DNA from: Sarea resinae
Taxonomy: Eukaryota
Direction: 5' to 3'
NCBI GenBank assembly: GCA_026026165.1
Contig: JAPEUD010000021.1
Location: forward strand, 1 to 64,000
DNA: 64,000 nucleotides
This document shows, in pieces, positions 45,802 through 59,334 of this stretch. Each line of letters starts with the position of its first letter. The first letter of the stretch is position 1. Position numbers and translations under genes: made by a program. The notes under the pieces are model-generated. The model was given only the letters and a program-made list of their open reading frames with translations. It had not been told where the DNA came from and did not search any database.

Positions 45802-47990
45802 ATGGAGCCTCTAAGTGCTGCAGCGAGCATGATGGGCGTTGTTTCGCTCGCTGTTCAAGTTTGCAACGATATCAACCAAGTGCACAACTTCTGGCTGTCG
45901 GTCAAAGATGCACCGGCAGATGTCCAGCAAATTCTTGATGAATTGGACCTGTTCATGCAGTGGATCAGTATCATAGCGGAAGAGTACCGGCGAAGCCCCG
46001 TTTCGGGACCGACCGAAAAGGCGGCCATGGATACATTGATGCTATGTTGGAAGGCAGCTGGAGAAATGAACGCAATGGTAAAGGACCTGGAGAGCGGACT
46101 AGCAAAGTCAGGAAAGGCTCGTCATTGGAATGCGATGAAAGCGGTCTTGAGAAAAGAGAAAATAGAGAAAACCCAATGGCAGATAGAGCGGATGAAGTCT
46201 GTCTTGAATACCGCGCAGATATTCACCATTTGGTAAGTAGCTCCAATTTTGCAGGAGTTTACTGATGCAAGACAGGACGACGTTGGCTAGCTGCGTAAAC
46301 GGCAAGTCGCTGCTGGATCATACGGCTGGACCGGACGGCAAGGCTACCGCATCAGTGACTCTGCAAAACGGAAGTCCCATTGGCGACATTCAGAGAAGAC
46401 AGGGTTATCCCAAACATACGAAAGTCATCAATCAAAGACAAGAAAATTATGCCTTCTGGCTAGCCTCTTTGACCTGGACGTCGCTCGACATGGAGCTTAT
46501 CACGGTTGACGAGAACACCGGAAAGGAGTACAAGACCAACCAGCAGCGGATTTCTTACAACATCAGGATGTCACAATGGTTGTGGCGCCGAGCCTTCTCT
46601 TGGTATTCGAATGGGATGTTCAATACTTGGACTCGCGAACTACGTACTTTCCGTTACATTCCGGAGGATTCTCGAATCGTGGAGTATTGCAAAACCGGTG
46701 ATATCGACAATGTCCAGAAAATGTTCGATTGGGGACTGGCATCACCATTCGACAGAGTTCATCGAAAGCTCTGGGGCTATGACTCCAACCCGGATGACGA
46801 CTATACTCTACTACATGTAGGTACCCCTCTTCATCTACTTTCTGACTGTAAAGCTGACCTGTGCCTTACTGAGCAGTACGCTACGGAAGGTCGCCATGTT
46901 CAACTGTGTAAGCTCTTAATTCGGCTCGGCTTGGGTAACGGGGTGGCGTCTGGGGTTTCATAGTAAGGGATCCAAATACATCTAGCGCAACGCTATTATA
47001 CTAACCTAACAAAGTTTCCCAATCTTGACTATGGTCTTCGACGCGAGGTCAGATGAGCTGCCTCTCGTGCCTCCCGATAATATGGTTGAGACATTAAGGG
47101 TACTGGTTGAAGACGGTCAATATGATCCGGCGGCACGAGAGGGCAACCAAACTGCTCTAGACACTTATAAGGGACCTGCTGAAGGACTCAAGTACCTTCT
47201 AAACCAGAACGAGTTTGTATTAGACTTTGAAGACGAATCTTACCTTTTTCACTACCTTCTACAGAATCCTAATACCACCAGATCGCGGTACCTCCCTGAG
47301 CTGGTTGCAACAGTTTTAGAACATCAAAAACGTCATCCCGAAACGCTACAGTTTGAGGTCCTCCCCCGAATTGTATATAACGCACCTCTCCAATTCGAAT
47401 TTCTCGAATTCCCAAAACAAATTGCGCTCCTGGTAAGCGCTGGGGCCGACGTCCATTTAATCGGCCGTTCGAGTTCCAAAACACTGCTTGACAAGCTTCT
47501 GGAAGCTTCAGCGCTCGAGCTTCGTGATAGGTTCTCCACCGTGCCACGATATATGGAGAAAAACAGAGGAGATCCCTTATCCCTAGAATCTGACTCTTCT
47601 ACGCCTTTCAGGAAGGTACCTCGGCGAGAACTGCGCAGCTGGTATCCCGCCGATATACCTTATCTGCCAGGGATGGAGTTGATACAGCGCCTCCTAGACG
47701 CATGGGTGGAGATCATACATGAGGCTGGGATAGACATGGAAGCCTACGGGCGCAGGGAAGAATCACTGCATCCAGATCATATATTCTCAGCCTCCCTAGA
47801 GGATACCGACTCTCGGATGCCGAAGACCCGTCGCCTCTTTCAAGCACGTTTCGTGTTCGACTATGGCGAAAAAGTTGACGGGCTACGGATCCGGGTCGTT
47901 GAGCTTTTGGGCAACGAATGGAAGACATTGCGGAATCTCCAAGGCCGGCCTGTCCAGTCTATGCCCGGAGGTTGGATCATCGAAGAATAA
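45802..47990 (+). CDS. Protein with a fungal STAND/HeLo-like N-terminal helical domain and degenerate ankyrin-like repeats, 4 exons
   Basis: MEPLSAAASMMGVVSLAVQ..VKDAPADVQQILDEL N-terminus; GDIDNVQKMF..ASPFD, TLLHYA..GRHVQLCKLLI and LLVSAGADVH ankyrin-like segments. Introns at about 46233-46275, 46817-46876 and 46963-47014 keep the frame. Confidence 0.7.
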
Positions 47991-49605
47991 GTCGGTGGTG
48001 TAGAAGGCTTGTGGTGGCTGTCCCAGAACTTACACGGGCTGTGAAATCATACACGATCCTCATGCCTGTCATCCTTCCAATCTGCAAACAAGTCACACAA
48101 CCCGCGCCGGCAATATCGCACAAGAAATCCAACAATCCATCACGTTAGATACGCAATGACGCATACTAAGACTTCGAAGTCACTCGTTGAAACCTCACAT
48201 TCCGGGGTAAATCTACCATCTGTAGAAAACTCTGCTAGACAAATAGATGTAGTCTCAGAGTCAGGCATGTTTTTGAATTATTGGATAGGAGATTCAACGG
48301 CGCATTCACAGTTGGAATTCACTTAGGGGGGCGGAGAAGCAGAATGAGGGTATATAAGAGGGTGGCGTGGATCAGTCGTATGCTGTGCTTTTCTTCGATT
48401 AACCTGGTGGTTTTCTTTCCCAGGTACTCACGACAAATGAACTCCGTGACTCAGACCATGCTGTAGCACCACATCCAACAGATACACCATTACACTTGGG
48501 AGAATGCCCGGGATGTTCATCATTCATGTGTGTGAGCCACAAACGGCTATATCCGAATGAGACAGACAGTCTGGAAGCCAAACGTCAATTTCGTCCCGCT
48601 TCGTTCTCCTACGTCTTCGTTCTTGTGTTCTAAACACTTTCCTCTTCAGTCTATAAGCTCACTAAGAAGCTGAGCACAGTGACAACAGGACCCCCGGACC
48701 AGCCTTTATGGAAAAGCCTCTCTTCCGCTCTCTCCTCATCCGCGCCACCTCACTTCTACCAGCTCGCCTCTTCCCAGACGGACCTAAGCCTCACACATGC
48801 GCCGTCGCTCTCATCACGAGTAAGTCCGAGCTATCCTAGAGAGCCCTCGATCAAGCAACCCCGTCACTCTCTCTTCCTCTTGCCCCTCATACTTCTTAGC
48901 CAGGTACTCGTATCCAGTCCAATAGACCAGACGAGGGTCAGCAATATAACGGCCTTAATGACAATGGCATATACTACAGAACAATTCAACACGAACAAGT
49001 CACAGTATAGAGAAAAAGGCTGGCAAGGGACAGTGTTGTGTGTTGCTAAGCGGCTGGTGAGACAGACGACGTTGGGAGAGGGTTTCGTGTTTTTGGTTTC
49101 GTGCTTGGGTTGGGGCGGGTCGTCTGTTATATCATACCGTATATGTTATATCAGCTCGGCCCAGCTCCGCGGATGCAAAGAGCAGTAAGCAAGCACATGA
49201 TGGTGCAGGCGAAGAGTGGCAAAGGCTGACACGGACACTGTTGCGTTGACAAGGGGAGAATAAGACAGACGACATCAAGGATCGGGCATCATTCCCCTGT
49301 TTTCTTTTGTGGCTGTCTCGTGTTGTATGTATCAAAGCATAGCATATCATATATCATATATCAGAGCAGACGCAAGAGCGGCACATGGGGGAACAAGCGG
49401 TCAGACATGTCTAGCATGAGCATCAAGCATGACAGGTAGAGAAAAAGTCGGGATAGGCGCATCGATTTGTGTAATCAGCAAGTAGACAAATCTACAAAGA
49501 CTGAAGAAAGAATCTATTCCGAGATATGCATAACACCTTCAACTCCATGCTAAACGCTGCAAAGACCGCAAAAAATGCCGCACCGTCCGTGTCTGAGTAC
49601 AAAGT

Positions 49606-50553
49606 CTATCCCAAGACCTTTAAGCCTCCCTTGGTCTTGGAGTGCTTTTTATGGACGCCGGCACCGGTTTTGGCTCCGTTGGAGGGATTCTTGCCGCCCT
49701 TGGCCTTGCCTTTGCGCGAGTCGGGCTGGGCGGTGGGCCGGATCTCGGTGGTGCTGCGACGGATGAGGACGGGATGGCTGCCAATGTATTTGCCCTGCAT
49801 GTCGCGGCCGGCCTGAAAGTACTCGTCGCCGTCGGCGAAGCTGACGAAACCAAAGCCTTTGGACTTGGTGGTGCGCTTGTCGCGGACGACGCGGGCTTTC
49901 TGGACCGAAGGATAACGAGAAAAGGCCTTGAGCAGGGACTCATCGGTGACTTCGCCGGCGAGATTGCCGACAAAGAGTCGAAAATGGGCGGGGTTCCATT
50001 CGAGAAGACTGGGATCCTGCCAGGTCTGGCCGCCGCCGGAGCGGACGACGGTCTTGGCCTTGGCTTCTTTGGCGGGCTCGGTCACGGGAGTGGAGGGCTC
50101 GGGGCGGCCGATGGGGCCCGCGTTGGCGCCGGTGACGGCCTCATCGGTGTAGCGCTTCTTGGGCTCGCTGACGTAGGCGCTCTGCCATTGGGCGATCTGG
50201 GCTTCGAGCTCGGGGTCTTCGCCTCGACCGCGGCCGTGGCCGTCCTGGCCGGGCAGCGGAAAGGGGTTTTGGATCTGTGGCGGCGACGGGTTGTATGGCT
50301 GAGGATAGTAGCCGGTGGAGGAGTAGCCAGAGTAGACGGTGGGACTGGCGGTATAGGGTATCGAGGGGGCGGAGGTGCTGAGGGGAGGGCCGCGGGCGAC
50401 GGAGCGGGGCGCAAAGGCGAATGAGGAGGCGCCCGAAAAGGACGGAGCCACGGCCGGAGCGGCAGCGGGGGGTGGACGAGGCGGCAGAGCAAAGGCAGGG
50501 GATGCCGAGGGTTGCGGAGACGGATGGAGACCTGGAGGAGGAGGATACGACAT
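49606..50553 (-). CDS. RRM RNA-binding protein, RBM42-like
   Basis: WQDPSLLEWNPAHFRLFVGNLAGEVTD, KSKGFGFVSF and MQGKYIGSHPV motifs. Confidence 0.9.
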   Translation of the reverse strand: MSYPPPPGLHPSPQPSASPAFALPPRPPPAAAPAVAPSFSGASSFAFAPRSVARGPPLSTSAPSIPYTASPTVYSGYSSTGYYPQPYNPSPPQIQNPFPLPGQDGHGRGRGEDPELEAQIAQWQSAYVSEPKKRYTDEAVTGANAGPIGRPEPSTPVTEPAKEAKAKTVVRSGGGQTWQDPSLLEWNPAHFRLFVGNLAGEVTDESLLKAFSRYPSVQKARVVRDKRTTKSKGFGFVSFADGDEYFQAGRDMQGKYIGSHPVLIRRSTTEIRPTAQPDSRKGKAKGGKNPSNGAKTGAGVHKKHSKTKGGLKVLG

Positions 50554-51269
50554 GATGAACGGCTGCGCAGTGAGACGGCAGTGATTTACGTACCTCTCGT
50601 CACGGGGTCGAGGTGACGAAGGAGTCAGCTATCCGTCGAGGGTTGCGTGTCTGTAGAGTCTGATATGCATGATAGCTGGAGAGCAGAAATGATGGCGACG
50701 AAACGATCACGAAGATGAGGCTGAAAAAGGCGTGGGGGTGCAGTTAGTCATCCAGGTTGTCCGGGCTGCCGTACTCCGCGGCGGTACAAAGTACTTCAGT
50801 ACTCGAACGGAAACGACGTACTCGGTCCAGGTACCAGTACCGTACTCTCTGGCGAGTTGGACCGAAGGCCACAGAAAGGCGTTGGGGTACATGTGTTACG
50901 GTTGGAAATAGCTGCACAGAGAGGTAGAGGTGGGATCGGTAATGGCATGGCCACCTCATGTCGTCCGTGGTACGCAGACTGCAAAATCACTCAGTCTGTC
51001 CGTCGAGAACAGTCGTCCAGACTTGTGCAATAGTGTAATCATCAATCCACAACGGTCACGGCTCAATGTCGGTCGGAGACGTAAATGTTTCGCTTGGGGC
51101 CGTCTAATGGGCTAGAGCGAGGCCGATACGTAGTATGAGGTAACTCATGCCAGAATATGCCTCGATCAATACCTTTACTTACTCTGCCCCTCCCCCGCTT
51201 CTCTCTTGACCCTCAACCATCTCATCGAAAAGCAAGCAACGCCACGATCAACATCAAAGAGTAAACATC

Positions 51270-52925
51270 ATGACTACCGAGGCAGTGTAGGTGAATGAAT
51301 CCCGAAAAAGGGATGGCGCTGACGGATGCAGAGGAGATTTCGGCCTCATTGGCCTGGCCGTCATGGGTCAGAATCTGATCCTCAACGCGGCGGACCATGG
51401 CTTCACGGTCGTGGCCTTTAACCGCACGGTGTCCAAGGTGGACCATTTCCTGGCCAACGAGGCCAAAGGTAGGTTTGTCGTCGGCACGGTCGTTCAAGGC
51501 TGACAAGCTAGGCAAATCCATCGTGGGAGCCCATTCGGTCGAGGACTTTGTGGCCAAGCTCAAGCGACCACGCAAGATCATGCTGCTGGTGATGGCGGGC
51601 ACGCCGGTGGATGCCTTTATCGAGACCCTGCTGCCGCATGTGGAAAAGGGCGACATCATTATCGATGGTGGCAACTCGCATTTCCCGGACAGCAACCGTC
51701 GTTGCAAATACCTGGCCGACAAGGGCATTCGATTCGTCGGCACGGGCGTGTCTGGGGGTGAGGAAGGTGCTCGATACGGGCCGAGTCTGATGCCCGGCGG
51801 AAATGAAGAGGCGTGGCCCTATATCAAGGACATCTTCCAGAGCATCGCGGCGAAGAGCGATGGCGAGGCGTGCTGCGACTGGGTGGGTGACGAGGGTGCG
51901 GGACATTATGTGAAGATGGTGCACAACGGGATCGAATATGGCGACATGCAATTGATCTCCGAGGTATGTCACCAACCGCAAAATTGGACGTAGCTGACGA
52001 ATAGGCCTACGACATCATGAAACGCGGCGCGGGCATGTCCAACAAGGAAATCGGAGATGTCTTGGCCAAGTGGAACAAGGGCGTGTTGGATTCGTTCTTG
52101 ATCGAGATCACGCGTGACATCCTCTACTACACCGACGAGGAGGGTGCTTCCGTGCTCGACAAGATCCTCGACTCTGCCGGCCAGAAGGGTACGGGCAAGT
52201 GGACGGCCATCAATGCGTTGGATCTCGGAATGCCCGTCACTCTCATCGGCGAAGCCGTGTTTGCGAGATGCCTGAGCTCTCTCAAGGCCGAACGTACCCG
52301 AGCCGCCAAACTTCTCGATTTCCAAGGCGAGGCGCCGAAATTCTCGGGCGACAAGCAAGAGTTCCTTGACAACCTCGAGCAAGCGTTGTATGCGTCAAAG
52401 ATCATCTCGTATGCTCAGGGATTCATGTTGATCCAGAATGTAAGTTTCACGGCTCTGCTTGCTTGCATATACTAAAAAAATCAGGCCGCCAAGGAATACT
52501 CGTGGAAACTCAACAAGCCGTCCATCGCTCTCATGTGGCGTGGAGGCTGCATCATCCGATCCGTGTTCCTCAAGGACATTACGGCAGCATACCGAAACAA
52601 TCCGGACCTGGAAAATCTGCTGTTCGACGACTTCTTCAACAAGGCGATCCACAAGGCTCAGCCGGGCTGGAGAGATATCGTCAGCAAGGGTGCTCTCTGG
52701 GGCATCCCGACCCCGGCATTCAGCACGGCCCTGAGCTTCTTCGACGGCTACCGCACCAAGGATCTGCCCGCCAACATTCTGCAGGCGCAGCGAGATTACT
52801 TTGGAGCGCACACGTTCCGCGTCAAGCCGGAGCACGCCAGCGCCAAGTATCCCGAAGGCAAGGACATCCACGTCAACTGGACCGGCAGGGGAGGCAACGT
52901 TTCGGCTTCGACCTATCAAGCATGA
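51270..52925 (+). CDS. gnd1: 6-phosphogluconate dehydrogenase, decarboxylating (multi-exon)
   Basis: [73 protein letters not shown] and [11 protein letters not shown] motifs. Confidence 0.97.
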
Positions 52926-53169
52926 GGGAATTCTGGATCGCGTTGAATAAAATGACCATCCCGATGTTTAGATTTTGACCAATACAAGACGTGTAGAAAG
53001 CCGTAACGTTGCTGACTAAGCATAAGCGAACGTTGACTTGAACCATCCTGAAGCAAAGTGAAGCAGAGGCGTCGACGTCGCGGTGGGAGAACGGCGCCTG
53101 TGAATGATATTGTCGTCGCTCTTTTACCATTGCCGTTCCTTCTCCCGATGAATTGAGGCTCGTAGAATC

Positions 53170-54091
53170 ATGGCCGACTCGAAGCGTCAATCGGCCAAGG
53201 TGGCTCCAGCGACGCCCGCGACTCCCAACGTTGGCGCCGCGGGAATGGCGTCCATCGAGACGGCCTTGAGCGGAGTCGTGGGTGCACGGTAAGTAATCAT
53301 GTAATTCAAAAGGGATTTGCTGACTCGGATCAGCATCCGACTGACGACCGCGCACACGGCTCAAACGCTCGAAGGCACCGTCTTCACCTACTGCCCTCTC
53401 ACCCATCTTCTCGCCATCAACACGGCTCCTCCCCCGCCGACTCCGGCACCGGCGGCGGGAAGCACGTCGGAGCAGCTCCCGGGCGACTACCACATCATCC
53501 CCGTCTCCAAGATCCAGTCTTTCAATCTGCTGTCGGCCAGATCCAAGGCAGACGGAGGAGCCTTTGAGTCGGCGCAGCCGGCCATCGCCCCCGTCGACAT
53601 GAGGGCGCTCAAGGCCCGCGAGGAGGCTGCCGTCCGACGTCTCAAGGAGGTCGAGGCGCGCAGGGGCAAGGGTGTGGGCAAGGAGGGCCAGGACATCTTC
53701 GACGCCTTTGCTCGGACGTGAGTTTTTTTTGTCGTTCAAATGGCCCTGTGCTGATGGTTTCTGTTAGACTGCCCACGCGCTGGGAGGGCACGTCGATCAA
53801 CGTGCTCGACGCCGTCACCATCTCACCGCCGTACCGAGTCGAGGACTGCAAGGCGGCTCCCAATCACCGGAATGCGCTCAATCGAGTCAAGACCGTGGTA
53901 TGTATTCTTGTCTCTGTATTGCGACATGGCCGACGAAGCTGACGTCTTTTTCTCTGCAGCTTGAATCCGAACGCAAGAAACTCGACGCCCGTCCCAGGAG
54001 AAGCGGGACCCCGTCCGCCGGAGCAGGCGTGGCCAACACGAATGCCGGGACTCCGGGTGCAGAGAAAGGCGGACCTCGCAAGGGTGGATGA
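53170..54091 (+). CDS. LSM12-like protein (Lsm fold and anticodon-binding AD domain), multi-exon
   Basis: LEGTVFTYCPLTHLLAI, GKGVGKEGQDIFDAFART, LPTRWEGTSINVLDAVTISPPY and ALNRVKTVLE segments joined by GT-AG introns. Confidence 0.8.
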
Positions 54092-54299
54092 GGAGGCTCC
54101 TCTTGGGTATGAGATGGAGGGGAGGGACGGCGTTGGTTCTGAGTGCAGACGTCGTGGCTGGGATGGATCGGCAAGGAAGCGGAGCGTACGAGAGAATGAC
54201 GAGAGGGGATGAGACGGGTGAGACGGAACGAGGGCAAAGGACCCTTGGATGGCTGTTGAACAAGAGAGTCTAGTCGTTATTCAGACATAAAGACGGAGA

Positions 54300-56130
54300 C
54301 AGAGATGGAAAGGCGCACAGACACAGTCATGCACCGAAAGCGAGGAGAGGGTGAGAGAACGAGAGGATAGAGTTCAAGACCAGCATGAGATAAAAGCAAG
54401 CGGGACGAGCAGACGGACGGACAGACGGGCATGGGAATTGCATGAGCGTACGGATGGATGGGTGAGCGGGCATGGGCATGGGCATGGGCATCTGTCTTGT
54501 TGGTCTGTCTCTTTTGTCATCTTATCTCATCTCATACATACCATTCTGTGCGTGCGGGCGTGCCATACTATAACGTGCCGTGCCGTGCCGCGCCGTGCTA
54601 TACTAGCTGAAGGTTATAGTAAGCCGTGCCATGCTATGTTATGCTATACAGTCAATTAGCACGCATGACAGAACCTCATCCATCAATCAATCGATTGACC
54701 AATTAACCAATCAATCAATCAACCAAGTAAGTACGTAAGTAAATGACACTCACACTCAACAGAAACGCCTAAAGAAACATCTACTCTATCCTACATTTAG
54801 TGAAAGATTATAGTAGAATGCCTCCTCTGTCATCAATCATCAATCATCTATTACCTATCTGCCTGTTACCTTTTACCTACTACTATCACGACCACTACTA
54901 CACACAATCATCTATTACCGTTCTAGAGCTTCGAGCTTGAAGCTTCGAGCTTCTGTCGCCCATCTATCATCTCTCTCTCTCTCCTTCCTACATAGAAACA
55001 AGAAGAAACGCATTGAAGAAAAGTAAAGGATAGATACCTTATTATACAGACACCTAGCTCAGGCAGCTAGAAGGACAAATAGTAACCCTTTTAGAGTACT
55101 ATCAAGGTGCTTATATCGTACTATTAGCAATATAGGTGAAGTAGAGTAGAGAATATATAAGTAGAGTATAGTCTCTCTCTAGATAGTATAAGATAGATGT
55201 CGATAGAAAAGGATAGATGTAGATATAGACAATAGGTAGTAGAGAGAGAGTAAAATCACAAGAGTAAAGAGTCGAGTAAAACATAGTATACACAGAAAAC
55301 AAAAGGAAAGCAAGATACCTACCTCCCTAGACAGCTAGACAGCTAGACTGCTTTTTCTATTCTCTCTCTATTTCCCATCGCTTTTCCTTTTCCCTTTCTT
55401 CTTTCCTCGATCCATCCATCTACTCCTAGAATTCCCGGTTCATAAATAGACATCTACCTACCGATCTGTTTCTTATCTATTGTCCTACTCTCTTACCTTA
55501 CCTTACCCTACTCTACCCTAACTAGATTCTTCTAAACCCATGTAGCAATTATAGAAAGAAAAAGGCTTAGCGGCTTGATAAGTCTTGTGTTAGACTGAAT
55601 TGTTAACACAAGAGGCGAACGTGAAAGTGAAAGTGCGGGCAGAGCCGAGAGTCGATGTAAAGAAAACGTCGTCGAGATGTTTAGTAGAATAAGTAATTGA
55701 TTGATGAATTGATTGATTAATAGAAGAGATAGGAGGTAAAACGTTAATCGATCAAAAGGGGTATGTAGACCAAACCGCCCGAAATAGTAAATGTAAACGT
55801 AAACGTCGATATAGACGTGGAACAGAAAACAAAAGGGGAGGAGAGAGACCAGACAAGACATGCAGAGAAAGAGGAGATAGGTATACATGTCTATACACAC
55901 AATCCTGTTCTTGCCTTGTCTTTTATTGTCTGTCTGCTTGTCTCGTCGTCTTGCCCGTCGTCTTGCCTCGTCTCGCCATCTTGTCTCGTCATGTCTGGCC
56001 AAACATCGACGGCATCAAAGATGCGGAAAAGAAATGTCAAATTCTGCAGACAATACAATGTAGGATATACATGCCAAATTCAATTGCCCGTACCGTGCCA
56101 TGCCACGCCACACCACACCACACCATGCAT
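54300..56130. repeat. Low-complexity, microsatellite-rich intergenic region between convergent genes
   Basis: GGGCAT x3, GCCGT, ATCA, AGACAGCT, CTTAC and CACCA short tandem repeats; AT/TA-rich core. Confidence 0.7.
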
Positions 56131-56244
56131 CCCTGTACTGCCAGAGTATATATGCCATGCCTGCCCCGACAAACCGTAAAAGCCAAACAGAACAGAGAAC
56201 AGGTAGATACTGCCTCGCCTCCAAAATACAGATGCCAGAAACAA

Positions 56245-58174
56245 TCACTCGTCAGCCTCGGACCTCCTCTCAACAATAGGAGGCGGAGCCGATGGAACGG
56301 CAAAAGGGACGGGAGAGGCGCGTGCAGAATTATCCGAAGATGGTCCATTAGTGTCAGACACCACCCCCGTAGGCGTGATGCTCAGACTCGGTCGATGCGC
56401 CATGATAAGTCCCGTGGTATTCGCTCTGCCGCGTCGAGGACCTTTGGAGCTATCGATGATCAAATCATCGACGGGTTTCGTAGAAGGCGACCCCCCGGCC
56501 GCAGCGGTGGTCGTCGTGGTAATAGTCTGTTCCTCGGACTCAACCGGTACGTATCCCTCATCGCCTCCCTGGGCGGCAAGATGAGCATCTCTTTGTGCAT
56601 CTTGCCGCATCTTTCGGATCTTGAGGAAATTGTATGCGCCAATGCTGGCAATGGTGACCAGCAACCCCGAAACATTGATCGGAGTCAAGGGATCATGAAA
56701 GACGATCCCGGCGGCGCTAATGGTGACGACTTCCTTGAAGATGCCGCAGATGCTCAGAGTGACGACAGAGGTTCGTTGAAGAAGAGCAAATTCAGAAGAG
56801 GTCATGAGGAATGCGAGGATGCCCGGAAAGATCAGAATGACAATCCCGGTAAACGTTCCCCTGGCTTGAGTGAGGTTGGCAAGCCCGACGAAAAGTTCAC
56901 GCGGACCTTCCACCGGGAGAGCGATAACTAGCAAAGACAAAAACATGACGGGGGCAAGAAAGAAAATGCTACTGAAAGGATTGGAGGTGGCGGGGTTTCG
57001 TAAGAGTAGAATCTGGGTGAGCGCCCAGCGAAAGCCCGAGAAAAAGGCCGACGATAGGATCAAGATGAAGCCGAGGGCGTTAAAGGCAGTTTCACCGGCG
57101 ACCATCATGATGACTCCGACGGTCATGGCGCAGATGATGACAACCAATTTCACCGACGGCTGTTCGAGGCGGAATAAAAAGGCAAAGATCAAAACAAATG
57201 CCAGGGCAGACGATTTACACATAGCTGGGACTGGTTAGAACGCCAAGCTGGACCAAGAATTAGGCAGAACTTACTGAAGAACGTAAGGCTGATAAACTTC
57301 AAACTCATATTCCCCAATCCTATGTCCAATCCGGTGGCGGCACCACATGGACCGATCCGGGTCAAATAAAACATTCGCGTCATGAGAGGTTTCTGATCGT
57401 GGGTATCATCGTGCTGGTGTGAGATGGAATCGTGTCGTGGTCGGAATCGAGGGATGAAGAAGAGGACGAGCGACGAGAGAAGAAATTGGACGAGCATGTG
57501 TATGCAGGTGGTGAAGAGTGGAAAGTGAAAGTCGAGGTGATCGGGTGAGAACATCCATTTGTTGTACTAGACCGTCAGCGGTGCGCAGCGTTGGACTGCC
57601 AATAACTTACAATGGAAATGGAGAGCGAAAAGAGATACCACATCCCGATCAAGACGGAATTGACCAGCGATGCTTTGAGGACGCTTTGATCGGCCAATCG
57701 TCGCTCATCCTGTGTCGTCTTGGTCTCGGCGACTCTCTCGTCCAGCCGGGTATGCCGCCTCTTCCGTCGCCTTCTCTTCCGACGGTCCTTTCCCGTCAAG
57801 GCCAATTCCTCATCGTCCGGGGAAGCATCTTCGGAGAGATGATCGAGCTCGAGGTCGTCGCTCGTCGAGGCGGAGTGATCCGACGCGTATCCGTCGGTCG
57901 AGTGTTTGTATTCGGCAGCCTCGTTGATATGGCCATCGCTTGATGGCTGCCATCGAACATTCTTATTTGGCGGTCGATCTTCGGTGACCAGATCGCCATT
58001 CATCATCAGGCTTCTCCGCCGACGATGGCCCGGCTGATCCGCCATGGTGGGAGGGTCGACGAGACGGGCGGACTCGTGGGATCGGAAAGGCGTCGAGAGT
58101 CGATCATCCAGACGATGATGATGAAGTTTCGAGGAATGGTGGACCAGGGACTGGGAGTCGGAGTCGGCGTTCAT
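56245..58174 (-). CDS. Triose-phosphate/nucleotide-sugar transporter family protein (TPT; SLC35C2/YMD8-like), 3 exons
   Basis: WYLFSLSISI, FHFPLFTT, ATGLDIGLGNMSL, MCKSSALAFVLIFAFLFRLE, SGFRWALTQILL and TLSICGIFKEV motifs. The start could instead be at 58045. Confidence 0.9.
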
Positions 58175-59334
58175 GACGCACAGCTGAAAACGGGTTAGAA
58201 GTCAAGTCATAACAATCATAGTGACTTGTGCATCTGCTTGCCTTACTCTGTGTATCGAGTAGCTGACCGATTACTGATGTGGTGTTGGACGAGTATTAGC
58301 TTCGTCCGACTATCCAGTAGCAAGGCCGTAGTGGTCGTAGTCTCGAGCGAAGAGTTCGAGGTAAATTAGTCGGCCCAAGCGACGGATGCTGAGTGGTCAC
58401 GACGACAGGAGTACTTGGTAGTACCTGAGGATCCCAGCCAGGGACAAAGTAGGGACAAAGTAGGGACAAAGTAGCGATGCTTCTCTCCTCTCTTCTCTTC
58501 TCTCTTCTCTCTGAACGTGGTCCAGATCCAGGTCGTCATATAATGTAGATCCGTATTGCAATCACCGTCGGCGTACAAATGCTTCTATCAAAAAGAAGAG
58601 CAATTCTCACCGCCTGTCCGCTCAGGGAGAGCACCGTACGAGCTGGTGACCTGCCAAGGGCTGATCGGATCTCAGCACGGGGTCAGTACTAGCAAGCCGT
58701 CCCTGATTATCAATGACAAGATCCGGCTACTGCGGATCTACTCGGTACCCCTACAGAGCACAGAGCATGTAATACAGTACTCTGTTCCAGCGCAGTCCAG
58801 CCCAGCCCAGTCAGTCAGCCCAGTCCACAGTGGGGTCGGCCACTCGGCCCGATTGGGTCATTCCCCACAAGATGAACTTCAGAGAGATCTTGATCCGGGA
58901 TACCTTATCAGACCTTTGGTGTTTACTATCGTGGTCAGAGAGGGACCAAGGAGAGGAAGAATGTCATGGCCTCACTTGGGCGTTGTTCCTTGATCTGGCT
59001 CAGCTTCATCCGCGTAGACCATCAATGAAAAGCGGCATATTGTCAATTTAAACTTACGATTCAGACTAACGCTTTGTGATACTGGCTTCCCGAATCAGGC
59101 TGACATGCTGAGATTGATGGCACGAGACGACGGTGGGAGAGGACAGCTAGAGTGTAAGAGCCCATCTGACATTCCAAAATCTGCGGGTATGACATCAGCA
59201 GAAGCTGTCATGAGCTACTCGAGCTTTGACATCAATCGCTCAGAGCAGGCAGAATGGTATTCACTTGCTCCTCATCTGCTGTCAATAGCACAACTGCAAA
59301 GTCCAGCGGTGATTGATTTAATTTCAACAACAAT

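Noticed and set aside
24000..48500. Starship element with a captain recombinase
   Set aside because: No DUF3435/tyrosine-recombinase-like ORF or clear terminal repeats are recognisable in this window. Being cargo of an element whose end was lost cannot be excluded.
58440..58472. AGGGACAAAGT x3 tandem repeat
   Set aside because: Short isolated minisatellite with no further support for function.
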